A stretch of 64,000 bases of DNA. It comes from Asterias rubens (Eukaryota). Position 1 is the first letter of the stretch, and every line of letters starts with the position of its first letter. The stretch is from positions 17,670,001 through 17,734,000 of the forward strand of contig NC_047065.1 of NCBI RefSeq assembly GCF_902459465.1, written 5' to 3'. The translations under genes were made by a program, and so were the position numbers. The notes under the pieces are model-generated. The model was not told the origin of the DNA, made no database searches, and saw only the letters and a program-made list of their open reading frames with translations. This document shows, one piece after another, positions 1 through 15,400 of this stretch.

Positions 1-447
1 AGGATGTTTATTGATGACAATCAGTCAGCAATTTGTCAGTACACAAAGGGGACTTTTTTCATTCAACTGATGTCATGAACTATGCAGCCAAACCAAATTA
101 AGGTCATTTTTAAAAGATGGATGAAACTATGGTTTCAATGTGTCTAAGTGTTACAGGTGTTCGCCTTCAGGCGTTAGTGTATACGTGCTTCTAAATGCAA
201 TCTCGTATTCACGATTTTGCTCAAATGTTACCCTTCTATATGTTGTTCTGAACTTCAAGTCTTATTAATTTAGATAATAATGTCAAACTTAAAAAGTTTG
301 CCTTTGCAAGGCATTTATTGTTATACCCGCATCATTTATTGCTCCATGCCCGAATCTAAATAACCATTTTAATGAAGTATTCTAAGCTTCTTAATTCAAT
401 GGTTTAACCTCCAAACCATTACCAGCATTGTTTGGTTCCATCCTCAG

Positions 448-3400
448 GCATTTTCGTCAACCGGCACCAATCTACACCTTCAATTTTTCCCAACAAATAA
501 CCATGAGAACGGCAAAACAGACAGATTACTTAACAGAGAATACGTCGATTTTGACAGAGAAATCGGACGGGTAAGTTTTTTTCTCATAATAATTGTCCAT
601 TTATGTGATATGTGTTCTCATGAATGGTGGCCATGAATGATTTATCTTTCCTTCATGTGTGGATTATGATATATTGTCAATCATTTCTACCACACCTCGT
701 GTCGTGGTCACGAGTTGTGTTTTCAAAAAGCCACAAGGGACATCTTGAACTATGTACACAGAATACTTTCACTTTCATAAAGGGTACCATTATAAACTTC
801 TTAAACTTGTATCCCTTGAATTTTGAACAAAAATACACTCCAATTGTTGCGACATGCTTCCAGCAAGCCTATGTAGGTCATACACGGGACATTAATTGTT
901 TTATATTTATGATTAGTGTAAATAGAAAACAATTTTATATGTTTTATAGCGTAAATAAAAAACAATTTCAGGAATTGATTTTAATGTTGTTTTGTGTAAA
1001 ATAAATGTCGCATCCCCAAGAAAATTGAAGATAATTTTTGTTCAAAATTAAAAACAATACTTCCATCAAATGTTTTTTTTTTAAACTCCGGTCAGCCAGC
1101 AAGGTTTTTCTGACCTTCGATTAACTGTTTCATGTCTGACCGATACATGAAGGAATTCCTTCTGGCAGAGGACTTCCCTCGTGGCTCACCATGATTCACA
1201 TTGATTGAATGATGGCTCACCGTGATTCACATTGATTGAATGATGGCTCACCGTGAAATGCATATAGGATGGCCCGATATTGTATGGCGGAACCCTGACC
1301 AAGCATGACCCCTCTCATAACTGTTGCTCACCCTAGCCCTTTCTAATTTGTTAATTAAATTGCTCCTATTAAACAATTATCGGCATCCACAAAATTGTTG
1401 AACCTAAAAAGTAGCTTTGTCACCTCTTAGTTCTTGACCGGAGTGTTTTGGTTTAACAAAGTCCGTATAGGCACAAAAAGAATATCAAGCTTCCATGCAC
1501 ACACACACAGCAAGCTCCCGCCGCGCCATTTAAATTAGTCACAGCATTTCTCGGAAGTGTTCTTATTATAATATGCATGAGTAGGCGTGGTTACATTACA
1601 CGTTGTAATAACCGCCCACACATACATGTACATGTACTTGGTACACTGTCGTTGGTTCATCTTGCGCTGATTATCATATCGCTGTACATGAATAACGTGG
1701 CGATACCATTGTTATTAGAGGGGGTGGCATATTGTAGTGGGTGGTGAAGTATATTCACTAGTTCCAGTGAATCATGAAAGTCTCATCATGCGTAATTTGT
1801 ATAATTTCTCGGCTCTTTTGGAGAAGCAATTTGTCATCGCAAGAACTGTAAATGTTCTTGTAAATAGTCTAAGAAGTGTTATTTGTAATAATTTATCATC
1901 TTTCAGCGGTTGAATCGTGTTCTGTGGAGTTGCATGTACATGAAATTGTATAACCACTAATTATTATTTATTATAATATCTTTGGTGGGTTTTTTGGTGG
2001 GGGTCTCTCGTGCTTGAATATGTTGTTGTTTGGTCATATTAACATGTTGAGTCAATTGTTAGGCCCTATGGAAAATAATAATCAACAATTAATTAATGTA
2101 TTTATTTATTTTTTATGTATTTGATATCAACACAGCGGATCCGCCATTTAGAGGTATCGTTTAAAGAAACAAGTATAAATATAGATATAATTTAAAAATT
2201 AGAATTACACAATGATAAAAACTTAATTAATGTAGAAAAACAAGTAAAAGAAACCATAAACAGACTTTGGCACACCAAAAAGGTCCACACACCCCATACA
2301 AACACACCCGACACCTCATTAGTAAACATTAGAAATACCTGACACCCCATAAACAAAACAAAAAACATAAAAACAAACACACTCCCCAACAAACAACAGT
2401 AAAAACAAACGGATAAATCGAAATTTAATTTAAAAATATAATTCAGACAAAAAAAAGTGGAAATAAAGTTTATCAACTAAAAACCTATACATTGTAGATT
2501 ACAAAAGCAATTTGAGGATGTAATAATAATACTTATTCAAGTTCACGCTTAACGGGTGCCCACCTTAGTGGCAGTCCCTAATACGATCTCCAAATTCCTG
2601 GGTCATAACCTGATACCGGGGGGGGGGGGGGGCCTGAGCCTCATGACCTATTTAGGGTAAGGCTGACACGGAACTGGTTTACGAATATAATTTTAGCTCA
2701 GATTCTGCGTCAGTTGACCCAATCTTGGTCAACCTAATACGAATTCCGAGCCATTTTGACCCAGATATGTTTTAGGCCCCAACGGGGACCCGGAACATTT
2801 GAAAACATTATGAGCTTTCATATTAGGTATTGCACGAAAACGTCCGCCACGGGTTTGTTAATTTAAAACAATCAATGAATTATTGTCGGGACCAATCATT
2901 GTCATTCATTGGACCAAGTCCATCAGCCACATAATACAAACAATTAAAATCCAAAATGGCTAACGTGTAGTTTGTACGCAGTATCAACATTATAAAGGAA
3001 CACGTTGCCTTGGATCGGACGAGTTGGTCTATAAAAAGCGTTTGAAACCGTTTGTTATGAAATGCATATGGTTAGAAAGATGTTTGAAAAGTAGAATATA
3101 ATGATCCACACAAGTATCACTCGACACGGTCAACCATTTATGGGAGTGACTCCCATAAATGGCCGACTGTGTTTGGTCGCCGAGGTAAAAAGAAAACCAT
3201 GCAATTTCGAGGCATATTTGTGTAGATCATTGTATTCTACTTTTACAACATCTTTCTACCCATATGCATTTTATAACAAACGGTTTACAGAACACTTTTC
3301 AAAGACCAACTCGACCCATCCAAGGCAAGGTGCTTTAAGTAATGTTTTTATCTGTCTCGTTTGTGAATTTATAACCACTCATCTATGGTATTCACAAACC

Positions 3401-6400
3401 ATAGAGCTTATATGCACAAACTGAATACGACTAGAGACCTGAGAAGGTTGTATCATTGCCTAATAATTATAAGAACACGTGGGCTTTTCCAGGTAAAAGA
3501 CAATGGGAGAGATAATACACGACCGCGCGGGTAATGACACGGAAAGCCGGTATGGACGTGTATCCTGGCTCGGTGAGGATGTAACGGATCACGGTTATTT
3601 TACTCGCAAACAATGTAAGGGTATGATGTTTATTAGCAACCACTTGGCGTGTGATTGCCGTACACGGTGCGAACCCAACCATGGTTCAACCAGAGGGCCC
3701 ACCACTTTGACTGAACAACTGTTTATGTTCCGAAGTGCAGTTATTAACTCCAGAGCTTTCCAAAATGGAAAACGTGCCCTGGGCTCTACCAAGTCGTACT
3801 CCACGCCGATGGTATCCAACCAGTCGCAGTGCTTACCAATATTCATGAGGTTTAGCAGAAACAATGAATATTATATTTCAGATTGTGTCAGAATTAAATG
3901 ACGCAAACTTCATATACAGGCTTTTGGCTTCGTCGCTACCTGTGGGCATCCAACCAGACTTTGATAAATTCAACCGCAGCAAAAATAGCTTGATTCCCCC
4001 ACTATAGGGATCGTCATATCGCTTTGGTCCTATATTGAGCATAATACATGTATAACAATATTTCTATCAAGCTGCCAAAATTGACTTGAGATGATAAAGC
4101 AACCGCAGCCTATTTAAGACTGATACAGCCACCTACGCCTTTCTTTCAGTTGGTTTTCTAAACCTTGCTAGTTTTAGGCTAACTTGAGTCACCTCTCTAT
4201 AGGCTCTGTATAGACTCAGCCAGAGGGTCCAGGCTCTTTTTCTCCTATTCTACAAGCAATGTTCTAAACGTTGAGTTTAATTTGTGTTAATGTGTGTGCA
4301 GATCCCCATGCTAAACTGCTGAGGAACCCCGTTGGTAATAAAACTTATAAGAAGTGATTTGATAAATTAAATAAAGTAGGTAAATAAAAAAGAAAAGAAA
4401 AATAAACACATTTTACCGTTTTGACAGTTCGGACACAACTACAGTCTTGGTTCTTGGTAATGAAATTATAGAGTATTAAATAATAGGCCCCTATAGGTAA
4501 CGATTTGAAAACCAAACTTTTACAAATTAATCTGTTATACTATAATTTATTGTTTTATTCATTCTTACATTGTTTTGCACGTTAAAGAAAATAACAGATT
4601 TTAGGTGTCGAAAATACACCTTGCAAGTTGTGGACCGAATTTGACCATTTGACGTACATTAATATAGTAAGTTATTGCGAGACTCACAATTTTTGCGTAC
4701 AATGAAAACGATAGAAACAACTGTTTGAACAGTGGAGGAATGAAAACGATAGAAACAACTGTTTGAACATTGGAGGAATGAAAACGATAGAAACAACTGT
4801 TTGAACTCGGAGGAATACGGAGAAGCCAACAGTAAGAAGAGTTCTAGAAGCCTCGGCGGTGCTCCCCAAATAACAGTTCCTATAAGTGGATGAAATTGGA
4901 CCGATTTTTATTTTTATTTTTTCATTAAAGGAACACGTTGCCTTGGGTCGGTCGAGTTGGTCTTTGAAAAGCGTTTGTAACTGTTATAAAATGCATGATT
5001 AGAAAGATATAATAAAATAAAAAAAGTAACACTCGAAATTGCTTGGTTTTCATTTTACCTCGTCGACTAACACGGTCAGCCATTTATGGGAGTCAAATGT
5101 TTGACTCCCATGGTCAAATGTTTGACTTCCATAAATGGCCGACCGTGTTAGTTCGTCAAGTAAAATGAAACCGCGCAATTTCGAGGCAAATTTGTGTGGA
5201 TCATTGTATTCTACTCAAACAGTTACAAACGCGTTTCAAAGACCAACTCGACCGATCCAAGGCAACGCGTTCCTTCAGCAGTGCTCCCACAAAATAACAG
5301 TTCCTATTATTTGTGGATGAAATTGGACCGAATCCAAAGTAAGCATTGATGCCGTTTGTTGGCAGTTCGATGTTGTTGGCAGTGCACGTATTGGCAAGAT
5401 GCCCGTGGTCCTATGAGGGAACAAAGTGCGTGTACCCGTGTATAGGCCTATGGGGCCTTCTGCAGGTATAGCATGGAGTTGAAATAACCCATGTTAGTTT
5501 GTATTTCTACTTTATACATTTAGATGCCTCAATCTGACGAAAGACTGAGCTTATTTCATAATCTTATTGTAATTTAATCAATGAAAATCTGGCATCATGG
5601 TGTATGTCATTTTGTATCGTTCCTGAATGAGAAACAACTTTCTGAAATACTCAATTCTTACTTGTACTTCCACATTTTGTTGTTGTTTTAGATACTCACT
5701 TCCCAGTTGATTTGGCACATTACATTGGCGATCTGGGACATGAGCCAGGAAAGCTGTAAATATTGTAGTATGTTAACTATATATCGCCCAAGGAAAAGTT
5801 AATTAATCCATGTACAATCTTCAAATTTGGTTTGAGTCTTGAATTTAAATCAGGACGACTATAATTATTGGCGACAATTATTAATTAGGGATCTGTTATA
5901 CCAAGTTCTGTAGACATGTAAGTCAGAAGCGTAAAGCAAATGAGATTAACTTTTGAACAAGGAAAGTCGGGGCTATGTTAGTGTTTCTTTGAGATAATAG
6001 ACGATGGTTTCACTGTCGATACGAATGTTCATTGGGTTACCAGTAGGACTGTTTGACGGGCATTGTCGTGTTACAAAATGGAGCGAATACCATCACGTAA
6101 AATATGAAATATGATTACATTCATGTATCATGATCCAATGTGATGCATTTGATTCTGCTGGTTGCCCTTAACTACTGTAATTACAGTGTTCCTTAAGGTA
6201 CGTTCATGTAATAGACCAATATTATTATCTGCGAATCTAACAAGTATTCTATGGATGTCTTTGATCTAATACTAAAGGCAAAACCTCTGTGTGATAAGAT
6301 GCTAAGTTAAATTAGATCGTTGGTTGCAGTACAGACGTTCCGCATTTCCCAAAGCGTTTTGCTTGTGATATTTCCATTTTACTGAATATCAGCCAATATC

Positions 6401-9400
6401 AAAACCAGTAAAGACATCTTATGGACATGGCCGAGACAAGTAGCCTACACAATACTTAAAGTACACGTTAGTGAACTGAGTTAGTATTGGGCGGAGATAG
6501 GGGAGGGTAGGGCCCAATTTGGTTGATACGTGAATCTTCTACACAACCGGTTACTCCATGCAGTGTTGTGCTTTGGTGAACGGGTGTGTATGGGAAGACC
6601 ATAAGACGTCGTGGTCATTACCTTACAATTCAAGATGCCTGCACCGCACCGACGTGGGGTAGCGCTTGGATGGGGGTGCACGAGCCAAGGCTTTTGTGGA
6701 CTGCATACATTTTGGAAACAAGCCAACTTTGTTTCCCGCCAATTTGTTGAGCTTTTCTTATATGTTAACATCATGCCAGCACTGTATATAAATGGAAACC
6801 TAATATGGGTTACCGTGTTACCGTTTATAGGGCTAAGCATTATAACAAGTGAATTCTGAAATGTGGTTTACCAGAGGCAACAAGTTCAAACAATGCGCAG
6901 TGCAACTCCAATAGTTTCTTCAGGCTCAATACCTCAACCCAAGGTTCATTTGTTGGCACTTACTCTAATGATGTATGATGTTTCAGCATACATACATAGT
7001 TGAAGGGAGATGGTTTTCACAACAAAACGTCTCTCAGGCAGAGACCAGACTTCATCATCGCGAATACCACGATTTAATTTAAGAGTCCACCATGTAAAAG
7101 TTATCAAAATGTCAAAACTTGAAATATAAGACCCCGTTCATCACAGTTGATAATCCCGATTGCCAAAATTGAAACAGTCCAGATATGAACACAGAAACCA
7201 CCTACAAAACATAATCGTTTTTGGTGTTTTCACTAGAACACTTTCACGGGTTGGTCGTCCTCTATGTTCGACTTTACGGAAAAGTCGAGGACTCAAATAT
7301 AATTATTTTCTTTACCAACAGACATTGATGTTTCCTTGCTTCCGTCCCGTTGCCTTTGCTTTTTTTGCTGTTCTAAAGAGTTTCCTTCTGTGATTTGTCT
7401 CCAACTTGCAAATCAATTTGTAAACGAAAACGAACCTTTTACGAATGATTTTTGTTTTTGTAAAGTTACCGCAACAATTGAAAGAGTCTAAAAAAAAAAC
7501 TTCGACTATGGGACTCCAAGTCATACAATACGGCTATAAAGGGGGCAAACATGATTGTCTAAATATTACTGTACGTTTACCCTATCTAATGCTTGATGAA
7601 TAAATCATTACTATTGGGATGAATAGTGTTTATGTTTAAATCAAAATTCATGGATCCCATTCTAGATTGTGTTGATGAAATCTATTTTGTAAACATTTGC
7701 AAAATAAGAGTGAAAATTTGTGTCACACAACATGTAACTCACTGAGTGATTTGCTATTACTGAGTTAAATAATACTGTACATGGACTCCCAAATCCTGAT
7801 AACATGATTAACAGATGAATTAATTGTAACAATCTTCTTTTTCTGAAGAATACAGAAGATTCAGATTGAATGGTGCACCAACCATGCACTAACATGTAAG
7901 GCCTAAAGCTAGCCCCGTACAGTAGGACATCGTCACTCCGATTGATGCTATACTACCGTGTGCATATTATTATCGGTAGGCCTAACCGTGAGACCACACG
8001 ATGTACAGCCGAACGCCGTTGACTCACACGACCCTTCACTATGACCCAGTTACCGAATGCCCCAATTTTCTCGAACAAATCCAACGAAATTATCGCTAAA
8101 ATGTGAATGCATTTACACATAGAATGTTAAATAATGTTTATTGAGTAAGACACTGTGAATATCTCATGAAATGTTTATGATTTAGTTTAGTTGTAGATGA
8201 AGTTTCGTTGTTTTGGTACCGAGGGTAAAATGGTGTCGTTTTCTCACAAACTGTTAACCTTTGACTTCTCCTAGCACTCCCTTGCCATCATGGTTGTTAT
8301 ATCTCGTGAAAAACAGTAATAATCTGTTCTGATTCTCACAGACAACCATTCATTATTTTCACTGCAATAATCTGAAAACGTCCCCTCCACAAAAACCACC
8401 GATAATAAGGTGTGGTGCCATTGCGAGAATTCGATAATGTGTCTGCGAGTATAGTCTCACAGCTATAGACCACAATGATGGTGAATGTGCTGTATGTACA
8501 GTGTTCAACCACAATGTGGCCGCCATTTTGTTTCACTGGTTAGGTTTGATTGCCGGGGACATAAGTTCGTGGAAGAGTCAATGTTCCATTGGATGTTGAC
8601 AACTCTGTAAGATGTGCTTACTCTGCAAAATTGGCTGTCTTTTTGAATTTTTCGTTTAGTCTTTGGAATCGTGCCCGTTAGCTGACGAACTTTCGAAAAA
8701 ACCTATAGTTTTGTACCAGCATAATGCATCGTGCTATAGATAGAGACATACATTAAACACCGTCTTCATTGTCTGCTTAATATGTACAGTTTGCCCATAG
8801 CTGTATTCTCATTCAAAGGATAAAAATTCATAGAACCAGTCCTCAATTATAATTTAAAAACTGTGTTGATGAGCCTTTGGTTTGAAAACAAGACCTTATG
8901 AGAAATTTAAGAATCCGCTTTCTTCAAATATGTAAGTAGGTATATAACTGGAAATTATAACGAACTATCCGCAAAGTCATACCTTATTAATAAAAAGGTG
9001 AAGGCTTATTATACCAAGTAAAAATTCGTTCCTTAAGCGCTTCAATTTAAGCAAAAAGTAAGCAATACCTCCTATTTTAAAGTACAAAGAATACTTGCAA
9101 CCATCGTTGACTACGTCTATATAAATTCCAGGTTCCATCTTTTCACCAAAATAGGTCAGCTGGAATTGAAGACAATAATATTCCCCATCGGTGAATCATC
9201 GTCAATATAAACAGGTGATTTTAAGACTTAATGATGAATATGATCCAAAATAATGTAGGACTAGATGTAGACTGTTAAATGGTCGTCCTTGTCTGAGAAC
9301 AACAAGTTGCTTGATGATGAAACTTCGCGGTTATAACACGAGTCCATAGGTTTCGAGTCGCCAGACACCGCAAACTCTACCCATAAAAGAACCACAAGAA

Positions 9401-12400
9401 GCCCCTTAGCCTAGGCGGGTACGTCCTGTTATTGGACGGTACGTGGTGCTGGAGACAAACCACAAAGATCGGAGCTACACTCGGGCTGTTCTTTCTTCCC
9501 CATACATAGCAGGTGCTAATAGTACAGAGAACATGTAATCTGAACGTGCATCATTTTCTGGTTTAGGGAATGATCTTTTAAGGAAGGAATATCCTATTGT
9601 TATTGATTGTCTAACGGTGTAATTACAATACTTAACCTCATTAAAGACTGACATCCTTTTCTGAAGGGATAATGGATACAAAGATTGATCCCTGGTAAGT
9701 CATAAGATGTGGTTTTTATCACAATTCCGAGACCATCCGTTGTCTTAAAATCAATTCATTATAAATTACTGCAGCTGCTAAACTGAAATGCGGTGAAGGT
9801 AAACACAAATAATGGTCGAAACGTCAGAAGACATCTGTTTAGCCTCATCAAAACATGGGGTTCCCTTATATAGTAACTTCAAACAATGACATTCACTCGT
9901 ACGATTCAGGCGCCATTTCAGATTGTTAACCCCAACCCCTCAAAAACTCTGTTCACGACTTGCAACTTAATTGTATTCTATTTTGCGACGATTTTACATA
10001 GATAATCGTCACAAACATTATGAGAAAACAAAAAGGGTGTTTTTCTTTTGAAAAACAAATAATAATCCCGAGTTAAGAAAATGGAATATTTTGAATGTTT
10101 CGGAAGATGTTGATAATGTGCAATTCGTCGCCAAGAACTCGACGGCACAACAGCTTTTGGACGGGGAGCCGCACTGGAAAGCGCACGCTCAGTCTAGTAT
10201 GTTTTGATGATCAGTCACGGCCACACCCTCGGAAATTTGACAGAGTTTGTACAATCCTATCAAATGTTATCTCTCCAAAGTGTGTACTTTAAATACAAGG
10301 GACTAAACTTGTAACGTTTTTACAATGTTAAAAAATTAGTTGTTGTTTCCTTCAAAAATCTAAGTTTTCATGTAAATGTAGACTCGCCATTTTTGTTTTT
10401 GTTTGAAAACTATGATTTGCATCGTAACAAGCGTCGGCATTGTAAAGAAAACTCCTATGCTTTTTAACTTGACTTAAATCAAATCCGTTGGTTTGTTGTC
10501 TTTGCTTCATTGTGGAAGGTTCACACACCATGAATCATGCTCCTAATATTAATTCATTTGAATAACAGTTACATGAATGACTCGAACTACTCATTCTAAT
10601 GATGTATATCATGCTTGCCACAGATTAACCATTTCGTAATCAAAGATAATGTATACAACATTTAATATATTATTTGTTTTTCTTTGATTGTTAACAGGTT
10701 CATTTAAAAACCCGATTTATATTGAATGGCGTTTGCGTTGTATGGAGAGGTTGGGTTGATCTTCAGAGACTGGACGGTATTGGATATGTAGAGTATGATG
10801 AAGACAAAGCAAGGGTAAGCAAGAAATAAATCATTTCCTCTAAAAACATTATAGGAAACTTATGGTAACCTTTAAAATGTAGCTTTGCCTGCGGACAGCA
10901 AAGCAAAAGTTGTTTTTCAACAATTATAAATCTTCAAGATCTAATCTGTGTTGACGTGAAGACGTGACGGGAAAAAAACATGAGTAAAATACAGAAAATA
11001 AAAACCACTGAAATGTTTCGAACTAAAACCCGGTCATGAGAAAGGGTTGAAATTTCCGTCGGTAACTCTGCATGCAGGACTTCATCTGAACAAATATATA
11101 TAATAGTGAAGGAATGAGACAATATAAGATCTAATCTGTGTTGACGTGAAGGGAAAAAAAACATGAGTAAAATACAGAAAATAAAAACCACTGAAATGTT
11201 TCGAACTAAAATCCGGTCATGAGAAAGGGTTGAAATTTCCGTCGGTAACTCTGCATGCAGGACTTCATCTGAACAAATATATATAGTGAAGGAATGAGAC
11301 AATTGAGTAAGGATGTCACATGTAAAAAAAAAACGAAAACATGGCTAAATTGGAGGTAGTCTGTGTGAATTTTTATACATAAAATGATAACAAAACTTTC
11401 TCTAATATAAAAACAGGTAGAAGATTCCGTCTTAAGACAGTCAATGGATCAACAAAGTAGACGACTTCGAGAGTTTGAAGAGAGACAAAGATTACGGCGA
11501 GAGGAATTAGACAGACAAGCAGAGGCAGAAGTAGAGGTAAGTTGAAATGCAAAATGTCTAAGTTTGTTATATGTTGATGCCAAGAGGATTTCTATAGTGT
11601 CCAATATTGTTTGTTATCGTTTTCACCAGAAAATGTTCAACTATTTGAACATTGGTAGAGATTGGCGATTTTGTAATTGCAAATCAAGAATTGAGATCCA
11701 TAGAAAAGTCTTTTTGACTATGCAAAGTCTTTTTGACTATGCAAGGACTCTTGAAAATATCAAAAACAGCAACAACAACAATAACAAACAACAACAACAA
11801 CAACAACAACAACAAACCGATTGCAAATACCCGTAACGTTCGAAGTTGGACGATGATTTTGTACCGTTAATAAATTCACGGTGATTTATATCTGGGCGCA
11901 TAAAGCATCGAAACAGCATGACTGCCCTAAATCCTTTAAAAGGTTATTCCCTATCCTCCAATGTGTAATAAAGGAATCTTTAGGAAATAAAGATTCATAG
12001 ATTCAAAATAAACCTACAGAATAACTGCAAACAGCATCCGAAAGTTCACTATTAACGTTTTCGAGTGGGCCTTCTCAAATGTTGATGTGAGTAGGAAAAT
12101 CTATTCAGATCCGACATGCACCCACCCACGACCGGACTGACTCTATTAACCGGAGACTCATGGGGCAAAGAGTTGCCGTTGCCCACCTTGTTTAGCTATG
12201 AACGCAACCACAAACCATGCAGGTTGGGTGCTCAAATCGCCCCATAGACTGATTGGAAAGGTTGGACCTCAATCGTTGGTCATTTACGGACAATATTCTG
12301 AAATGTGCTCCCACGTTGGGGGCGATTTATTTAACAGAAAGGTCAACGTATAGCTTGGAGACTCGAAAGGTTGTTTTTAACAAGGAAGTGGTTTTTGTAA

Positions 12401-15400
12401 ATAACCATTTGGAAAGAAAACATCAATCTGAACAGATTACATTTCGTTTTCAAATGAATACAACTGCTTGTGTGTTTAATACGTCAACAATATTCGGCGA
12501 CGTGATGGGTTGGATTCGTTTAGCTAAATACTATTTAACTTGTAAATTGGTTTTGGCGCCTTTTTGTAACCAAATTCCTTATGACTTGACACTTTCCTAA
12601 AGGTTAGAATACTCAATGAACTTGTTCATTCGTTCGATCACAATGCACAGACACAGTATACCTGACCTTTATTGATTGCAAAACTGATTGTATACTTAAT
12701 CTTGGATAACATTGATAACATTAACTAAGTGGAGAAGTATAATATGGAGAAGGTGATTTGAAATGTAATAAAAAGGAATGTTTGCTAAGTGTGAACTGTT
12801 GTGCTCTCTTTCTGCCCTTTTGTTGTAGAGGAAAGAAAACAAAGCTTGACGACATCGCGCATGGGGCACAGGGCAGAAGGATGAGCAAAACAGCAGCATT
12901 GATCAAAGATAGACTCTGACGTGCTAGTTGCCTACCACACCCTCCGGAACCACCCTGCCCCGCCCCCTAAATCCAACATAATGGTGGGCAATAAGCAATA
13001 CGTTATCGGACCCATATCGGGAATAAATCCATAGCCTTTTTACTCAAGAGTTTTTTTTTTAAAGATAATTACAGCATAAGTTAGTGATTTTTATTTAGAA
13101 AAATAAGTTAATTTACAGAGAGGAATTTGGCAAACCAATGTTCAATTTAAGTTCAGTTCTGATACCCACTGGAAAGTATGGTTCCCATTCTCTTTCTCGT
13201 TGGTGTCATTTGTGAGGGAAATGTTTGTGAGGCGCAACCAAGATGGGAAGTGAACCATAAGATGCCAAAGATGCGTTTGCGAAGGGTTGTTGTTTTCTCT
13301 CTCTAGTGACCTACATCCATTTTTTGACGAGTTAAGAACCATCGTGATTGAGCTGGCGATTAGAGAAACTGAGATAGAAGAAAACGAAAGCTAACAACAA
13401 ACCCTAAACCTCTGGATTTAAAACGGTCATGTCATTGAAGGAAATCGTAAGAGGCATGTGCATCTTAGTGTGGACGAGTCACTAAATCATCTAGCTTTAT
13501 ATTTAGTATAGCCAAAGCTGACTTTATATAAAGATGAATCAGAAACTGGTGGTATATAGTCTGAACAAAACTATATATAGAAACAACATCCTGGTCAGAC
13601 ATGGACATCTACCAATGTATCACCAATCATAAGAACATGATGGAGCAGAAAATCCTGGTCTAAATGGATAAGCAGTCATGAGAACATTGTCAATCATACC
13701 AAGGAATCACCCATCAAGAGAACATGAAGGTTATGACGGATAAGCAGTCATGAGAACATTGAAGTATACCATGGAGGTAGAAATAGTAGACCTCCATCTC
13801 TATGGTTATACAATCACCCACCATGAGAACTCATGATGGTGTAAGGGCTCTAAATCCTGCATCAAACAGTGGATGAGCCTTCATCAGAACATTGTCGAGT
13901 ATAGTCACAATTATACCAGTATCACCTTTCATCAGAACCTGTTGGTTGATAACACATTATAATAATATTGTTATAGAAAAATAGGATATAGTGGCAATTT
14001 CCAAACATCGTCCTTGACAACCGGGTCAAATAGTCATGAGAACTTTTGATCAAACATTGAAACTGCAACTTTCGTCTTCGAAATACTTTAGTTTCATATA
14101 TAATAATCGACTTCTCAGAACGTCTTCTGGTATCTTGTTTATACATCTGCTTCCATTTGTTCATGTGGGCTAACGTGTAACCAACGAAATCGTCCCAGTA
14201 CATGTAATGGTAAAGTCTGGAATAACAAATTAATGATTTTCAATACAATGTTAAAGATTACTTCTCCTAGAAGTTATCCGACATGTTTTACTTATCTGAG
14301 TACTCTAACAGGTTTGGTATCAGAACAATATTATCTTATTCTGATATGCCAATTCGAAATATGTATGCAAAATTAATGTGCCAAAACCTCTCTTGAAACT
14401 GTTTTTTAATCAAAACCTTGACCGCGGTTCATGATGACTTTAGGTTTTTTCATGCGCTGTTTTCAGTCAAACTAGAAACTAGAAAATGAATTGATTTTTT
14501 CAAAAGCAAGTTGTAAAAATGTATTATTTCTCTTTCCCTCTAAACCTTGATGGTACGTCTTCCAACAGTTCTTCCCGAAAGCAATAAGCAAATTAATTGT
14601 GAAAAGCCCAATTTTACCCCAAATTAAGTCTTTGGCTAATTTAGTTTATTTGATTCGGATTTCAATCTTTTGATACATTGAAAGACTAACAAGAAGTCAG
14701 TCAGGTTTGTGTTGTGTTTTTTTATGAAGCCTCCAGAATGTAAAAAATAAATATTTTAGAAAAAGGTATTTTCTTACTGAACGTAATTTCATTTTGAGTT
14801 ATTTTTCAAAATATGATACATCGGGAATTATAGAAATGTAAATCGAGCTGGCTCTGAATTGGATTGAAACTAAGATGTGCCAGTGTCAGTAACTATAATC
14901 AGGAAGATTGCTTTGAATGGATCCCATTGTGGAGAGTACTTTTATTCCAGTTTATAATTTATCTTCCTTTTAAAAATCTCTTAAAGAATGTCTGAAATGT
15001 TTGTTTCGTGTAAATTCATCTTAGCACCGTCTTAATTTTTATAGATTTGATTCATATTTGAAATATTGTGTTTGCTCTTTGAGGTATATCACCGAGTGCG
15101 TGGAGCAATGATTAACATAAACATTATTTGTTATATTTAATAGGCCTATGTATGAGAAATACATTATGTAAATATTTATAATATTATTTTCATCGTCTCA
15201 GTAATAGTCGATAAGAAGTGTGGGTTATAATACGGTAACAATATTTACATTGGAGTAAACAAATACCTCGTACAAGTAATTATACAGTGGTGATCTTCCT
15301 CAAATAAATATTGTATGAATAAATAAACAAACAGTTATATATTATTCTGTTTCATAATTGTATTGATTTTTGGGATAAGAAAGTTGAGAAATGAAAATGT

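Noticed and set aside
3595-4050. Protein-like minus-strand stretches (LDTIGVEYDLVEPRARFPFW; MTIPIVGNQAIFAAVEFIKVW) suggesting a nested gene
   Set aside because: No recognisable domain and no consistent exon chain; BLASTX needed
8336-8540. Minus-strand aaaATGGCGGCC YY1/start-like motif with a short ORF
   Set aside because: 55-codon ORF without homology or convincing downstream exons
9720-9830. ggtcGAAACGTC hammerhead-like 3' half
   Set aside because: No CUGANGA-like core or adjacent stem II partner at a plausible distance
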